NCBI GenBank assembly: GCA_030390025.1
Contig: CM059437.1
Span: forward strand, 86,304,001 to 86,368,000
Reading direction: 5' to 3'
From: Squalus acanthias
Lineage: Eukaryota
DNA length: 64,000 nt
Position 1 is the stretch's first letter. Each line of letters starts with the position of its first letter. Below are positions 62,155 to 64,000 of the stretch, one piece after another. Below the pieces are notes generated by a model that did no database searches, was not told the origin of the DNA, and saw only the letters and a program-made list of their open reading frames with translations. The translations under genes were made by a program, and so were the position numbers.

Positions 62155-62912
62155 GGGGTAGAAATTAGGTCGCGCCCCATTTGGGGCGCTAACCTCGCCG
62201 GGGCGCGACTTTTAGCGCCCCGAAAAAATTAGCAGCCCCGCGCCGGAACTTCAGTGGTTGCGCCGCAAGAGGGAAGCGGGGCGCCACTGGAAGCACCCCG
62301 CATCCCTCTTGGGGCGCTGCGAGCGAATATCCTGGCGCTACGCGCTGCGGCACGTCGCGCCGCGGTATTGCAGGCCTTCTTCCCCTTCTTAAAGGGGAGG
62401 GACCCTGCGCAGCGCGAACCGGGGCCCAGCTGGGCTCCCAGGGATCGGGAGTGCCGGCAAAAGAGCCCGGCACTCAAGAGAAGTGCCGGGCTCTTGGAGC
62501 GCAGCCGGCACTTCACGGTGGGGGGGCTTCACGGGGGCCGGGGACAGCAACGGGGGCAGGTGCTGGCAGGCGGCCAGCAACAAAAATGGCCGCCTGCCAC
62601 CTCCCCTTTAAATATCGCCGCCCCGGCCGCACGTACGCCTCCCTGAACCCGTCGGACATAGCGTCTGGCGGTAAGTCAGGGGGCGCGACTGAAGATCACG
62701 GCCGGGGCGCGAGCGGGGTGCTGCGCACAGCGATGACGTCATCGCCGGCGGCGCAGCGCCACAGGGCGCTACCGGCTGCCGCCGCCGCTAACCTCCCACT
62801 AAATTTTTCGGGAGGCGTGGGCGGCGCTGCGCCCAGGCGTTAGCTGCTTTACGCCCCATTAGCGCCCTCTTAAGGCGCTAACGGGAGGCGCAAGCAGCTG
62901 AATTTTTCCCCC
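62155..62912. mobile_element. GC/CpG-rich PIF/Harbinger-type MITE
   Basis: TIRs GGGGTAGAAATT / AATTTTTCCCCC (10/12); 3-bp TSD ATA (62152-54, 62913-15); abrupt rise in GC and CpG at both ends. Confidence 0.85.
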
Positions 62913-63395
62913 ATAGAGTTGGCTGTCGTCAATGTACATGTGGAAGCTGACGCCATGCCTGCAGCTGATGTTGATGAGGAAGTGGAGGGGACCAAGGATG
63001 TCCTTGGGGGGACTCTGGATGTGACTGTGCGAGAGTGGAAAGAGCCATACTGGGGATGCTCTGACTGCGATCAAATAGGTAAGAGTTGGACCAAGCGAGG
63101 GCAGTCCCACCGAACTGGACAGCAGAGGTGTTGGAGGACAATGTGTGTGGTTAACCCTGTTAAAGGCTGCTGAGGTGTCGAGGCGGGAGAATGCACCACA
63201 GTCACAGAGGATGTTATCTGTGACTTTGGTTGGGTCCATTTCGATGCTGTGGCAGTGTGGAAACCTGATTGGAGAGATTCAAATGGAGTTACGGGAAAGA
63301 TGGGCATGGATTTGGGAGGCAACAACACATTCAAGGACTTTGGAGAGGAACGAGAGGTTGGAGATGGGGCAGTAATTTGCAAGGACAGAGGGGTC
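62913..63395 (-). mobile_element. L2-like LINE RT fragment, split by the MITE and continuing at about 62125-62154
   Basis: Minus-strand pieces SNLPFLSKVLE, FESLQSGF, LDTSAAF, GTALAW, ILGPLHFLI and HGVSFHMYIDDSQLY. Confidence 0.85.
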
Positions 63396-63539
63396 ATGGG
63401 CAATGTTCCCTCTAATTTTTTTTGGCACCGTGCGGCCCCTTTAAGGTACTTCATCCAAATGACCATTCTTTGTGCATTGTTTTTTCAACCTCGGTGTTGT
63501 CCTGGGCTGTGGGCCTTGATCTTTCACCTAGGTCTTTCA

Positions 63540-63990
63540 ATATTTTTTTTAAATAAAATCTTCACTTATGAGCCTAAAGATCAATTTGATTATGGAGGGG
63601 CATCACAGCTGAGCCTAATGCTGACATCCACATGCAATTCTAGCACAGGCCTGTTTACTATTCTTGCTTTTTTCTTGAAAGTGATGGTTCCTTGCTGAGG
63701 TGTGCTTCCACAGGCCTCTTCTATTACCTCACCCAAGTGACCATTATTCATATATCAGTCTTGAAAGTGAAAATTGGTGGGAAATTTGGCCACTAAAGCC
63801 AAGCCCGATGCTGTCCACAGGTGCGCACACTCCAGCGGCGATCACTGGATATTTATCAGGAAGGGGAATTTCCCCTCCCTAAGGATTAAACTTGGGACCT
63901 TCTTGGACTCTGACTCACCTGGTCACGAGATAATCTTGCTGAGCTATTAGGCAAGCCCTATAGCTAATTTTTCTCTTATGCTCTTTCCAG
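63540..63990 (-). mobile_element. SINE family A copies
   Basis: tacctcacccaagtgaccattattca, atcactggata and aacttgggaccttcttgg motifs. Confidence 0.65.
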
Positions 63991-64000
63991 CCCAGGAATG

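Noticed and set aside
62189-62843. Overlapping GC-rich ORFs of 64-130 aa as novel genes
   Set aside because: They lie entirely inside the TIR/TSD-bounded MITE; high GC suppresses stop codons and the peptides are low-complexity Ala/Arg/Gly/Pro.
46-63882. Remaining short ORFs in the six-frame track
   Set aside because: They show no recognisable domains, many begin at non-ATG codons, and their lengths are compatible with chance in intronic DNA.
63961-64000. Acceptor-like ctctttccag| at the window end as exon 19
   Set aside because: The following bases do not encode the expected (S)YIPCSE, and the context matches SINE family A.

Overview
This is eukaryotic, vertebrate genomic DNA, most likely from a cartilaginous fish (inferred from the repeat content). 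The whole window lies inside one plus-strand gene, GIT2 (ARF GTPase-activating protein GIT2). I can read 17 internal coding exons (exons 2-18, numbered by analogy to human; 1,948 nt in total) from 9695 to 62048. They join in a consistent frame and encode the ArfGAP domain, ankyrin repeats, Spa2-homology domain, coiled coil and the start of the paxillin-binding domain. Exon 1 and the last exons lie outside the window. The introns hold many decayed transposons: CR1, L2-like and RTE-like LINEs, several tRNA-derived SINE families including Deu-domain SINEs, Penelope-like ends, and PIF/Harbinger-, hAT- and Tc1/mariner-type MITEs. Almost all ORFs in the supplied track are spurious or are transposon remnants. 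I find no prokaryote-type system such as a CRISPR array or operon, and no evidence for a wholly new biological system. The best leads concern splicing: a candidate 6-nt neural-type microexon (29670-29675), a GC-AG intron followed by a tandem array of donor-like sites, candidate truncating alternative 3' ends, and inverted repeat pairs that could form dsRNA or circRNA. Several nested transposon insertions can also be resolved exactly. Repeat boundaries are approximate unless TIRs or TSDs are quoted.
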